Assembly: GCA_010015585.1 (NCBI GenBank)
Contig: ML975150.1
Reading direction: 5' to 3' (one strand)
Source of the DNA: Eremomyces bilateralis CBS 781.70
Lineage: Eukaryota
DNA length: 64,000 bases
Below, in pieces: positions 1 to 10,238 of the stretch. The notes beneath the pieces were generated by a model. It was not told the origin of the DNA. It made no database searches and was given only the letters and a program-made list of their open reading frames with translations. The translations under genes and the position numbers were made by a program. Each line of letters opens with the position of its first letter. Within the stretch, counting starts at the first letter, position 1.

Positions 1-52
1 AGCGTATCTTTCCGATCCATTTCTCGGTTCCCGTGCTGACATCCCTTTCCAG

Positions 53-241
53 ATCCTGTACGCGTACGAAGACGAGATGGGCGAAGACGTCATCGCCAGC
101 CTGGATTTCTGGGGCCGACCGTCGAGCCCGCAGGACGACCACAGCCCGTCGAACACGGAGCAGTTGGTCAAGCAGCAGCCCCCGCCGCAGGTCCCGCGTC
201 ATCATTCATACCAGCAGCAAGTGGTCCCGGGGGTGAGATAA
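53..241 (+). CDS. Terminal exon of a gene entering from the left edge; product unknown
   Basis: Branch site GCTGAC (35-40) and acceptor CAG ending at 52, followed by an open frame ILYAYEDEMGEDVIASLDFWG...VVPGVR ending at TAA 239-241. Confidence 0.6.
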   Translation: MLYAYEDEMGEDVIASLDFWGRPSSPQDDHSPSNTEQLVKQQPPPQVPRHHSYQQQVVPGVR

Positions 242-1820
242 GGGGGGAGAAGGTTGGGATAATCCAAAAACGTTTTGTTGTGAACTCATAGAGCGTCTGG
301 CCCTCGTTTCTGTTCGCGCGCCGAAGTTCTGGCTTCTGAGTTTCTGCTTTCGCTGTACAATATTAGACGCATATATCCTTCCCGGTTGCGAACTTTCATT
401 TCTTCTGCTCTTGTGTCTCCTTGCGATTTTCAGGATAAAGTGATGCGTCGTGGTCCATTGCTGCACGTCACGAGGGGGACAACAATGCTGCCTAATTGTC
501 GTACGAGTCCAGGGGGGCGGATCGGTGTAGTATGGGAGTGAACAGAGCAGGGCTGAATTCGCGTTTCCTCGATTTGGCTATCATGTTCTGTAGATACGAT
601 GTTGTATGAGGGTTTCAATAGGGACAATCAGATTGGATCGTATCAGGTTGGCCGCCGCCTTCCCAATGGAACAAATGGGTGATTGCCGACTCGTCATTCG
701 TCATGTATCCTCACCAAGGCATCAACATCGAGGGTGCACATTAAGCCGATCATTTTATTCCACTCCGGATGCCGTAGAAGTTCGTTGATTGGCGACTGGA
801 CTGTCGCTGAGCAAAGCCACACCACGCCTTGCGAAATTTGATCAATTGCGACTCACCATATCATTCCCAGAGTGAACGACGTCCTATCCAAATCGACCTA
901 TTGACTAATATATGCCCATTATGATATTGATTGGACCCCCTGTAGTAGAACCAGCACCGCTTCTTCACCATACGCAGCGGCCGATCATTGTTCCTTTACA
1001 ACAGCATGCATCACAATATGTCGGCATCGAGCCTTGCTTCTGAGCCTCTCCTGGCTCTAATGCAGCAATCACATCCATAAACCCGTCGCGTGGCGCTTCC
1101 GCTTCGTGATGCAGACCCCTTTTCACGCAGGATGGGATTGAATAGCCACTGAGCCCTTTTCAGCAGCTGCATAACGACGTTCCCTCCATTGCTTTACTTG
1201 GATCTAGACACCTGTCGTACTCCCCTTAGCCAGACCTCCATAGTCGCATTGGCCCAATCCGGCCGGCGTCCAGAATTTTCAGCTTGTTTACATCTGCAGC
1301 AGAAAATCCGGGTTCAGAACAGGACCGTGTCGTCTTGGCTGGACCTGTTCTGATCACCTGTCCGCCTGTCGTGATCGCGTGGATCAGGTAGAGTAGTGAG
1401 AAGCATTAGTCCTATTAGGGACAAAAATGCAGTGTGACGAGGTTCCCAAATCTTTCTGGCCTTGATTGCTTTCGACCTATCAATAATACACAGGTCCATC
1501 TTCTTGCGGAAAGACACCGGAAAGAATTGTCTGTCTGGTAATGATCCTGCTATCCTCTCAATGTCCACAGGGTTTATCCTGACTTTACTTGCGAGTTTCT
1601 CGAAACCGTGAAGATCTACGTCGGAAGTGTTCAGTCGTGCGATACCAGGGCGGATAGTCTCTTATTTCTGCCTTGTCTTGCCCTTAGTCCGTCCTAGCTA
1701 TTCATCTCATCGCATCTGCAGTACTTTACATCTAAGTTAGACCCGTTTACACCGTGGTATTTGTTTATGAAGTCAACGCATCCCCCCATACGGACCTTGC
1801 AAGTCATTGTAAGCTCCAAA

Positions 1821-3111
1821 ATGTCCAGCCCAGTGAAGAAATGCTCTCTCAGCGAGAAGTTACGCACTCCAAAGAAGCATGTCTGTAGCTTCATCCCTCC
1901 ACACATCCTCAGGAGCATTGCTACTTCTGATCGTGCGGACGACGATATGAAGACAGCCGCCCGTACCACGCTGGATAGTATGGGATCCGTTCATGAGCAT
2001 CGCCTGAGTCTGTGTCATCACCACGATCTTGCCATTGAAACACTAATGTTAGTACATACTCACGGGGTTTTCCTTTGCATTTTTTGCCATTATACCACAA
2101 GATCGTTGATGTTGCTGTCCAAGTTGTTGGAGCGCAGCTGAAGTTACTCAATAGACAGCACAGGCGGCCCTAAACGCAGCGGCCCCGGCAACAGTAAAGG
2201 CTCCAGGAGCCCGGACAATCTATGACCTGGGGAATACGAGCAAGCTCCCAGGAAAGGTAGCACGCACTGAAGGCGCAAGCCGCGTCAAAGACCGAGATGT
2301 CAACAACGTCTACGAGGGTTCGGCATTACTCACCAGTTCTACTCCGACATCTTCAGTCGCAACTCTTTGGACGACAAGGGCTACCCCTTGTTTGGCTCCA
2401 TTCATTACCTTAACCCCACCGAACCGCTAGGATTCAACAACGCATATTGGGACGGTGAACGAATGGTATTTGGTGATGGCGACGGGATTGTTTTCCACGG
2501 TATGTTGGGCTCCTTCGCCTGTGAGAGGATTTAACGGTTTGAAAGGAATATGCAACTCCCTCGACGTGATTGCTCACGAACTCACACACGGCCTCACCCA
2601 GTTCACTGCCAATTTTGAATATGAAGGGGAATCCGGTGCATTGAATGAAAGCATGTCCGACGTCTTCGCCTGCATGGTCGAGCAGAAGCAAATGAATCAA
2701 ACGGTCCACCAAGCTGACTGGCTGATCGGACAAACCATCTTCCCCGTAGCTTTCAAGGGCACCGCCTTGCGATCTCTGAAAGACCCTGGAAATGCCTACG
2801 TGAACGACCCCGTCTTAGGCACCGATCCCCAACCGAAGGACTACGCCAGCCGGTAACAAGGTGCCGATGATAACGGCGGCGTCCACATCAATTCTGGTAT
2901 CCCTAACCATGCATTCTATCTAGCCGCCAAAGCTGTCGGTGGTTACTCGTGGGAAAAGGTGGGAAAGGTCTGGTACGACGCGCTCACGAGCGAGTCAGTC
3001 AAGCCAACGTCCACATTCAAGCAGTTTTCGGAATTGACGGTCCATGTCGCGAGCAAGCATGATTGCGTGGATGAGGTAACGCAGGCGTGGAAAACGGTCA
3101 GCGTTGTATGA
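1821..3111 (+). pseudogene. Protealysin-like M4 (thermolysin family) zinc metalloprotease, disrupted
   Basis: Propeptide motif CSFIPPHIL; mature-domain motifs RTIYD, NNAYWDG..MVFGDGDG, DVIAHELTHG (HExxH), GALNESMSD and DNGGVHINSGIPNHAFY. Frameshift near 2319 (GAG GGT TCG where GGT TTC GGC is expected). In-frame TAA at 2854-2856; homology continues to TGA at 3109-3111. Intron starts GTATGT near 2500; 2030-2155 is unresolved. Confidence 0.85.
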
Positions 3112-3573
3112 GTGGACCAGCACCTGGACACGGTTTGCGTAGACACCTGTCGCTGAACTTTTGCTTGATGAGAACGAGAAGATGGGCGACATGATGAAGA
3201 CGGTCAAGGGCTGGGGATTTTAATCCACGGTATTTACATCCCTTGCAAAGGAGGATACACCAACCATATCGGAGCAGGGAGGTTGTATTGCGTTTATTTT
3301 GAATGGGAATATTCCAATAAGTCACCATGGAAAGGCACTTGATGAAATCAGCACAGGCACGATGGCTAATAGAATGGAGTTGGACAAGCTTGAAACTCTA
3401 AGGTAGCAAGGAAGCGAAATAGTTCAGGCCCATCGTGAGGTATAAGAAGTCGCTTGAGATTGATAGATGCAAGAATTGACGGTGGCAGTGTCGTGACTCA
3501 AGAGCTATAAGCGACGGGAACAGGAGAAACAGTATTCATACCCCTGATCTACCTATATAGACGCGAAAAATGA

Positions 3574-4408
3574 TCATAATCTTGAGTCTATCGTCATGCC
3601 CGTCGCCCTATTATCGAAGCTGGTCACAAATCGCTTCACTATATCCGCATACTCCTGGGTCCGCGGAACCGTATGCTGCCACGGATGACCGACGATTTCC
3701 ACATTGGAACAGCGGCTCATAAGAAATTCCTGACGCTCGCGAAAGAACTCCTGTGCCTCCCACTCTTTCTTCCCATATAATGCCAGCGTCGGGGTGATGA
3801 CCTTGTTCTCTTCTCCGGCTTCGGGGTAAAACAGCCAGAAGATTTCTGGGGACGGGTACCGATAGGGGTTGCCGGAGAACATGATGAGAAAGTCGAGGGG
3901 TGGATGGTCAACTGGGAGATATTTTCTAACCAGAGGATGATCCCTTCTACTGGGTTCTAGCATCGCTGCTAATGATGCTGCCGCACAGCCTCCTGAATCG
4001 CGTTGTCAGCGCCGGTGGACCCTTCTGATGATAATGGATCATCGAAGTTGAACGGTATCGGAACGCATCCGTTGTATCTCACGTACCCTGGCTAAATCCG
4101 ACGACCCCAACAAAAGGCCCTTTCTCCCTCAACGTCGCGCCCCAAAGCTCCATCGCCTGGTCAATCCCGGAATGTTCTTTGGCGTCGTCATCGGTTTCCC
4201 ACCAGCTTCGCTCTTCATCCCCCTCTTGCCAGTCCGCTTGCCGTGCCTGTATATACGCAGTCCCGGATATGTCGCATGGTGCGGTGAGGAACACAAATTC
4301 ATATCTGAGCGGAGAGAGCGTCTCGACGATGGTGGCCATACGACGCTCGAATACGCGGCCGGATTGCGCGACGCCGTGGAGGGCGAGAATCTTCTGGGGA
4401 GGGGCCAT
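3574..4408 (-). CDS. FSH1/OVCA2-family serine hydrolase (2 exons; intron 3993-4086)
   Basis: KILALHGVAQSG, FLTAP, GFSQGG nucleophile elbow rebuilt across a GT-AG intron, HPWQHTVP; C-terminus is SRL. Confidence 0.9.
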
Positions 4409-6096
4409 GGCTTCCCAAAACCGTGTTTTTGAACTGTTTTCGGTGCGGTGCACCAATGGATTTATGTTTCAACCCATGTTTGCCATTGGAGTCAGGAATT
4501 AATGATATTTGATGGTGAGAGAGAAGTCCGAGATAATCATCAACGGCCCGAGGTTTCCCGAGCTATCAGTTGTCTTAGTACCGAAAGTCCGAGTCGCACT
4601 CCTTATTCGCGTTGCGGTAAGACTAGCAAAAGCTTAATTCGAGGTAACTAACTTAGTCATGGGGCACTTATGACTTAACGTCTACTTCGTATAGTTAGAC
4701 ACAAGTCCATTAGTTAACTGACACAAGAACTATTACCAATACCTCGAGGATGTTCGACCTGAATATTCATGCCATAAATTATCTGGGCAATCATGTCAGT
4801 CGCAGGATTTTACATTCGTATGGGGAAGGGTTCTTCGCACAATCGACTGTCAGACTTGGGCTCCAAATTATACAGGCATCTCAAGCATAAAGCAACAAAT
4901 GATTTCCGTTACTACCAGTACAGTACAGGTGGTCTACCGTCTACGTTTGCATGAAAGACTATTCATTATATCATTGCACTCACTGACTTTGAAAACTTCA
5001 ACACAAGTGCTCCAATATCAATTTGAAGGGAAGTTTCCAGATCACCCTTTGGACCCCCCCGAATGCTCTAGCTCCTTTTCTTGTCTACTGCTTGCTATTG
5101 CACATCCAGTGAGCAGATTGATGCAGAATTGAAATCTTATAATTTCCGTCAAATTCGTCAACGGTCCTAGAATCAGCACCACCCATAATCGCAGCGGACT
5201 TCCGGGACATAGTGCCGCCTGAACCGTAAGCTGGTTGGGCAAGCTTCAAACACGTTGTGGTACATGTTTGCACGATTCCATAGCGGTCGGTCAATTTTTC
5301 TGAGCTGTTGTAAGCTCTGTATACGTTTCCCTTCCTGCAACACGCCGACCCAATCAAGATTCCTGCATAGGATTACGTTCGACCGCAAGTACTGCTCATT
5401 GTAGGAGAAGGCCGCTAACAGCGATAATATCTAGAGGAGATATGCCCTCAGGCCCCAATTCACATAGTTAGGTCCGCACCAGACTGTCTAATGTGTAGTA
5501 CTTTCAGTGTCTCTTTAAATGGATAATGGGAGAGAGTAGGCTTCTAAATCGAAATTAATTCAGTCAGCATGATAGGAGATCCTGCAAAGGCACTCTTCGC
5601 CCTTGTGACGGAGGAATAGTTTACACTTTTGTCTGCAGCGAAATTGGTGCGGTGAGTGAGGTGCGGTTGTCCTTTCACTTTGTGATTGCCGTTTTGGGAC
5701 ACGCCCCTAAACCTGATTTGGCACGCTAACCGCATTTAGAATGGAAACATCTTCAATGACAGGTGCTAATGTCTTCTATACACATGCTTCTGTACACGTG
5801 CTTCAGTTGCAGCATTTATTCCCGGTTTCTTTCATACTGGCTCGATAATACAGTTGCAACGCAATACAGGTATTCGTACACAAAAAAGCCTGGAGTGACA
5901 GTGATAATGGTGAGACAATCTACGCCCTCTACGAGAACCTAGAGAATGGCCTCGAGTCTTGCCTTGGTGATGTTGCCCGTGTGGAGGTGTTAAATCGTCC
6001 TCGTCTCCAGTCTGCGGATTTGGAATCTTTCCCCTTATTCATATTGCCGTGACCAGCGTGGTAGTGCATCTTCTTTCTTCGGCGGGTTCGGAGTCT

Positions 6097-7566
6097 TTAC
6101 GTTCCACGTCCATGATCCCCACGATGCCCACGTTGTCCGTGATTCCCACGTTGTCCGTGATTCCCTTGATCCCCATGGTGCCCAGGTTGTCCAGGTTGCG
6201 CATTCTGCCCCTGCTGTCCATGATGCTTCTGCTTTTCGTGCTGCGCCTTATCACCGGATTGTCCTTGCTTTTTCGCAGTTTGCTCTGGTTGCTTCGCCTT
6301 ATCACCGGATTGTCCTTGCTTTTTGGCAGTTTGCTCTGGATGCTTCGCCTTACCACCGGACTGTCCTTGATTTTTGGCAGTTTGCTCTGGATGCTTCGCC
6401 TTACCACCGGACTGTCCTTGATTTTTGGCAGTTTGCTCTGGACGTTTCGCCTTATCACCAGATTGTCCTTGCTTCTTGGCAGTTTTCTCTTGTTGCTTCG
6501 TCTTATCACCGGATTCCCCTTGCTTCTTGGCAGGTTTCTCTCGTTGCTTCGCCTTATCGCCGGATTGTCCTTGCTTTTTGGTAGCTTTTTCTTGCTCCTT
6601 CGCCTTCTGCACTTGGAGTTTCTTGAGATGTGCATCTTTCGCTAACTGGGTCATGGCCCTCTTGACGATCACCATGAGCCTCTCCTCCATTACCAGTCCT
6701 TTCATGCCTTCGGATTGGCCTTCGATCCGAGCGGCTACGAACTTCCAAAAGTGTCGCTTGCTTTTCTCGCCAGCTCGTTTCTCGCCGAGTATCCACCTGA
6801 CCCGTGAATCATCCGCTTCGGTTCCTATTGTCTTGATTCCTGGGTGCATACGAAACTGCTTCGCCATCTCCCATAGTTGTGTCTGCCCACGTTTCTGGGG
6901 CAGCGGCTGCTTCGCCGCCTTGTCCAGTCCCAGAACCGTAGCGCTTTTCACAACCCAACATTCCAAGTAAGTCCCAGGAAGTGTCGTGGGTCTCTTCTTT
7001 TGCGAAATCCGCTTCGTGTCTCGTACAGCAAGGTGTGTGGCATATCGTTCCATCGAAGACCTGGCTTCCGGAGAGACAGTGCTGGATTTGCAAGTTTTTT
7101 CGACGGCCTTTTTAGCATTTTTCGTACGATCGAAGTTCCGCTCCAGACGATCTGAAGTGACCGCTGTCTTGTCGAAGTAGCTAATATAATTCGACATCTG
7201 CGTCGAGATGAACTGAAGGTGGGACAGGCAATCGGATACATCGCCTTTCCCTTTCATGGCAAACATCACTATTTTCACCACATGCATATTCTGGTATTTA
7301 TCCAGTTCTGCCTTCACCAGTTCCAGGGCTCTTCGACATTTTGTAATGTAAAACTCGAGCTTTTTTCTCGGCCTCTGATTGTTGGGGTGGTTTAAGAACG
7401 ATTTCTTATCTTTGTACAACCGCTTGACTTCTTCGAGGTTGATCGTCACGGACTCGGTTTCTATTCCTGCTTGCTCGAAATCCGAGCCGGCATGCGCGCA
7501 GCCATTGATGATCTTATAGGCAATTTGCAAGGCCGTGACGATGTCTCCAAACGCGGGTGCAGCCAT
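6097..7566 (-). CDS. Protein with a HeLo-like/SesA-type N-terminal helical domain, an unknown central domain and a repetitive C-terminal tail (489 aa)
   Basis: Intronless ORF from ATG at 7566. N-terminus AFGDIVTALQIAYKIINGCAHAGSDFEQ...LEFYITKCRRALELVKAELDKY fits the GD(F/I)-helix pattern of fungal STAND N-terminal domains. No P-loop/NACHT motif seen. Confidence 0.75.
   Translation of the reverse strand: MAAPAFGDIVTALQIAYKIINGCAHAGSDFEQAGIETESVTINLEEVKRLYKDKKSFLNHPNNQRPRKKLEFYITKCRRALELVKAELDKYQNMHVVKIVMFAMKGKGDVSDCLSHLQFISTQMSNYISYFDKTAVTSDRLERNFDRTKNAKKAVEKTCKSSTVSPEARSSMERYATHLAVRDTKRISQKKRPTTLPGTYLECWVVKSATVLGLDKAAKQPLPQKRGQTQLWEMAKQFRMHPGIKTIGTEADDSRVRWILGEKRAGEKSKRHFWKFVAARIEGQSEGMKGLVMEERLMVIVKRAMTQLAKDAHLKKLQVQKAKEQEKATKKQGQSGDKAKQREKPAKKQGESGDKTKQQEKTAKKQGQSGDKAKRPEQTAKNQGQSGGKAKHPEQTAKNQGQSGGKAKHPEQTAKKQGQSGDKAKQPEQTAKKQGQSGDKAQHEKQKHHGQQGQNAQPGQPGHHGDQGNHGQRGNHGQRGHRGDHGRGT
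6228..6582 (-). repeat. Coding minisatellite, about 7 x 51 bp (17 aa, consensus KKQGQSGDKAKQPEQTA)
   Basis: Units directly visible in DNA (gccttatcaccggattgtccttgctt variants) and in the translation. Confidence 0.95.
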
Positions 7567-9218
7567 TGTGAAAAAGGACAGTAGACAAGAACCAGCGACT
7601 AGGTATTTGAAAGGACAATTGGACAACCGGCTGAAAGGTAAAAGCTGCTGGTTAAAAGGACAGGCTGTACGCGACGACATATATAGCACGTACGCATCGT
7701 GAATTCAAGATCCGAGCTTACCCGCCTGTTCAATGCTTCAGCCTCAGCCAGCTAGTAGATCATCCATGCCAAGTTGGAGATGGACTTTCGGTGTAGGAAA
7801 ACAATGCCTCACTAGAGAGGGGGCTGAGCAAGCAATCCCCTCACAAGCCACAACTGAAGCTTCCTCTTGCCTCGAGCCATAACGAACTTGGTTAGCCTCG
7901 CTGCAGCAGGTTGGGGACAACGATCATGTGGTTGGGGCAGTGATTTTGTCCAGCACGCAATATTCAAGCTGTTCAGAAGACATCGTATGAAAATCCGAGA
8001 TTTAGACGCACTGGGGGTGAATTGCAAAGGGGCTGAGAAGTCATAGGTCGGTGGTGGTGGCCATGCTGCTTGCATCGTTAACATAATATTCTCAGTGCCT
8101 ATATTGACATTCTCTTCATGGAATTGGAGACGAAGCGCCTCTAACGTGGCGTCTTCAGAACGACGTCCTTCATCATAGCGATGATATGAAAGATTAAAGG
8201 GCATGTGCAAAGTGAGCAGAGGAAGAGATTGAGATATGCATATACGTGGTTATGCCTCAGGCTATCATCTGTCATTGTCGGCCACGGGTGAGCAAGGCAT
8301 GGAGGGTCTCCCGCAGGCCGCAGAGCACCCAGCCGCACCACCTCACAGCCCCGACCTACTCTACCAGCCACATGGAGTCATATGTAGTACGTCAACAAAA
8401 CCCTCCACTCACGGGATGTTCAGTTTCAGCCCATCGAATAAGAATCATTATGTATAGTTTCATGTTTGGAATCCTACATATACTAGGACGAGTGTTCGAT
8501 ATGAGACTTGTCAGGTAGATGGTCTTTAATCGATAATAATGCTAATAACAGCTCAGATCGAAAGATTTCCCAGTTACGAAATCATTGATCCTGTCACGGA
8601 TGATGCCCTAACTCGGGCTTATGCCCCTAGATTCAAACAGATTCTTTCAACAGGACTTCGGACTTCGGTACGTACCTTGTTTGAGGTTTCCAGAGTTGGG
8701 ATCTCTCACTAGCCGCGGATGTCGATCATGGTTCGTCTGGTTCTCGATGGCTGGGGTCATTAATTGATTTCGCCGCGAATCAGAACGACATGAAACGTAC
8801 CAGAGTGTTGATCAGAGGGGAGAACTGGCCAGGCCAGCTCGTCTGCCCTGTAAATTAACTCTTTTATATGAAGTCGACACCGCTAAACACATTATTCTAG
8901 TTGCCCTAACCTATCTCATTGGTGCATGCTCGCCAGTTTCATATTGACGTCTTGGCCGTGATATGGATAACACCTGCCAGTCTGATTCCTGACGATGGAT
9001 ACTAGTGCCGTTCTGACGAGAGATGAGCAGTGTGATTATCACCCCAGACGTAATTTCTTGGGACAATATGAGCCCTTGGTTTCTGCTAAGAGCTGCAATG
9101 TATTTTAAAGGGTATGGGAATCACATGTAGAGAATATAAGCAGGGTCCTGCCAACTACGGTTGCTATTTCGAAGTCGACTTCCGGTTCAATTCACGATAT
9201 AGCCCAAATCTGTGCACA

Positions 9219-10107
9219 ATGCTGGCCATTCCGTGCCTCGTTTCCATACTTGCACTGGCGTGCAGCGCAACGCCAGTCCCTGACCTCGATCCCCAACCCC
9301 TCGAGATTGAACCTAAATCCGAAGGAAGGCTTGAGGCTCGACAGGCCGCAAATTTTGGACCTCGTGTCCACATGGGCCCGACCAAATCCGGCGCGGATAT
9401 CATCGGATTGAGCACCGTCTTCAAACCTGGCTACCCGCCGGCGAACCCTACTAAGTTCCTCGCCCTTTGGCCTGGAGTCTGGAACCCATACAGCATCAAA
9501 TCGGACCTAGTTCAGTCTGTCATTAGCAGCCATGACCAGGCCTATATGACATCCTTCTGCGGAGCGAAGCGCGGCCAATGGTGCTTACAGCCATACGTGC
9601 TGTCAGGATGGAAACCCCTGACGATCCAAAATGGATATGCCATTGACGGCAGCGACGAGATTGAGATCATCTATGAGAAAGCGACATCCGGAAAAGGAAC
9701 ATGGAAACAATCCTTGACAAATTTGAGTAAAGGGAAGAAATATCCAGAATACTCAGCTGGAAGCGCTGCTGGAACAACGTAAGTGACACTTCTCGTTCTA
9801 CAGGCCACGGCCAGTGTTCGAAGAGCCTTTTGCTCGGAAGAAGCGCGAACAAAGGTTAACGTGTCCAAGTTTCGAGACCGGAACCGAGATGCAAGGGAGC
9901 AATCGTGGATCTGCAGACACTCAAGTATACCGAAATCTGACACTGACGCTGCGGGTTGCGGACCCAACGTTCGCTCGGACGTATTCGAAAGACCCCAAGG
10001 TCGTCGCGAACGCGCCAGTAACTCCGGATGGGGGGAAAACTTGGGTGTTCGACCAAATAGAAATCCCGGCCATGCTGCCTGGCACGACATTCAAGCCTGC
10101 CAACTAA
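9219..10107 (+). CDS. Predicted secreted protein of unknown function (2 exons; intron 9779-9869)
   Basis: Signal peptide MLAIPCLVSILALACSA, propeptide ending LEAR/Q, GTAAGT donor and GTTAAC..AAG acceptor join two ORFs in frame; ends TPDGGKTWVFDQIEIPAM... Confidence 0.8.
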
Positions 10108-10238
10108 AGCGGGAGATGCACCGGTATCGTTCAGAGGAAGAAAAGTTTGAACTCACTACCATTGTCATATATAGCCTTGAGTGGTCTTGCAGAGCCTTTG
10201 AATATGAAATGAGACTTAGCTGCGTTGAAAATGGCTCA

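Noticed and set aside
6039..6645. Two 198-aa ORFs (Leu-rich on +, Arg/Lys-rich on -) over the repeat
   Set aside because: Alternate-frame and antisense shadows of the stop-free 51-bp repeat
7812..8518. Several short ORFs between the HeLo-like gene and the secreted protein; looked for a partner NLR or amyloid motif
   Set aside because: No P-loop, repeat domain or matching motif found
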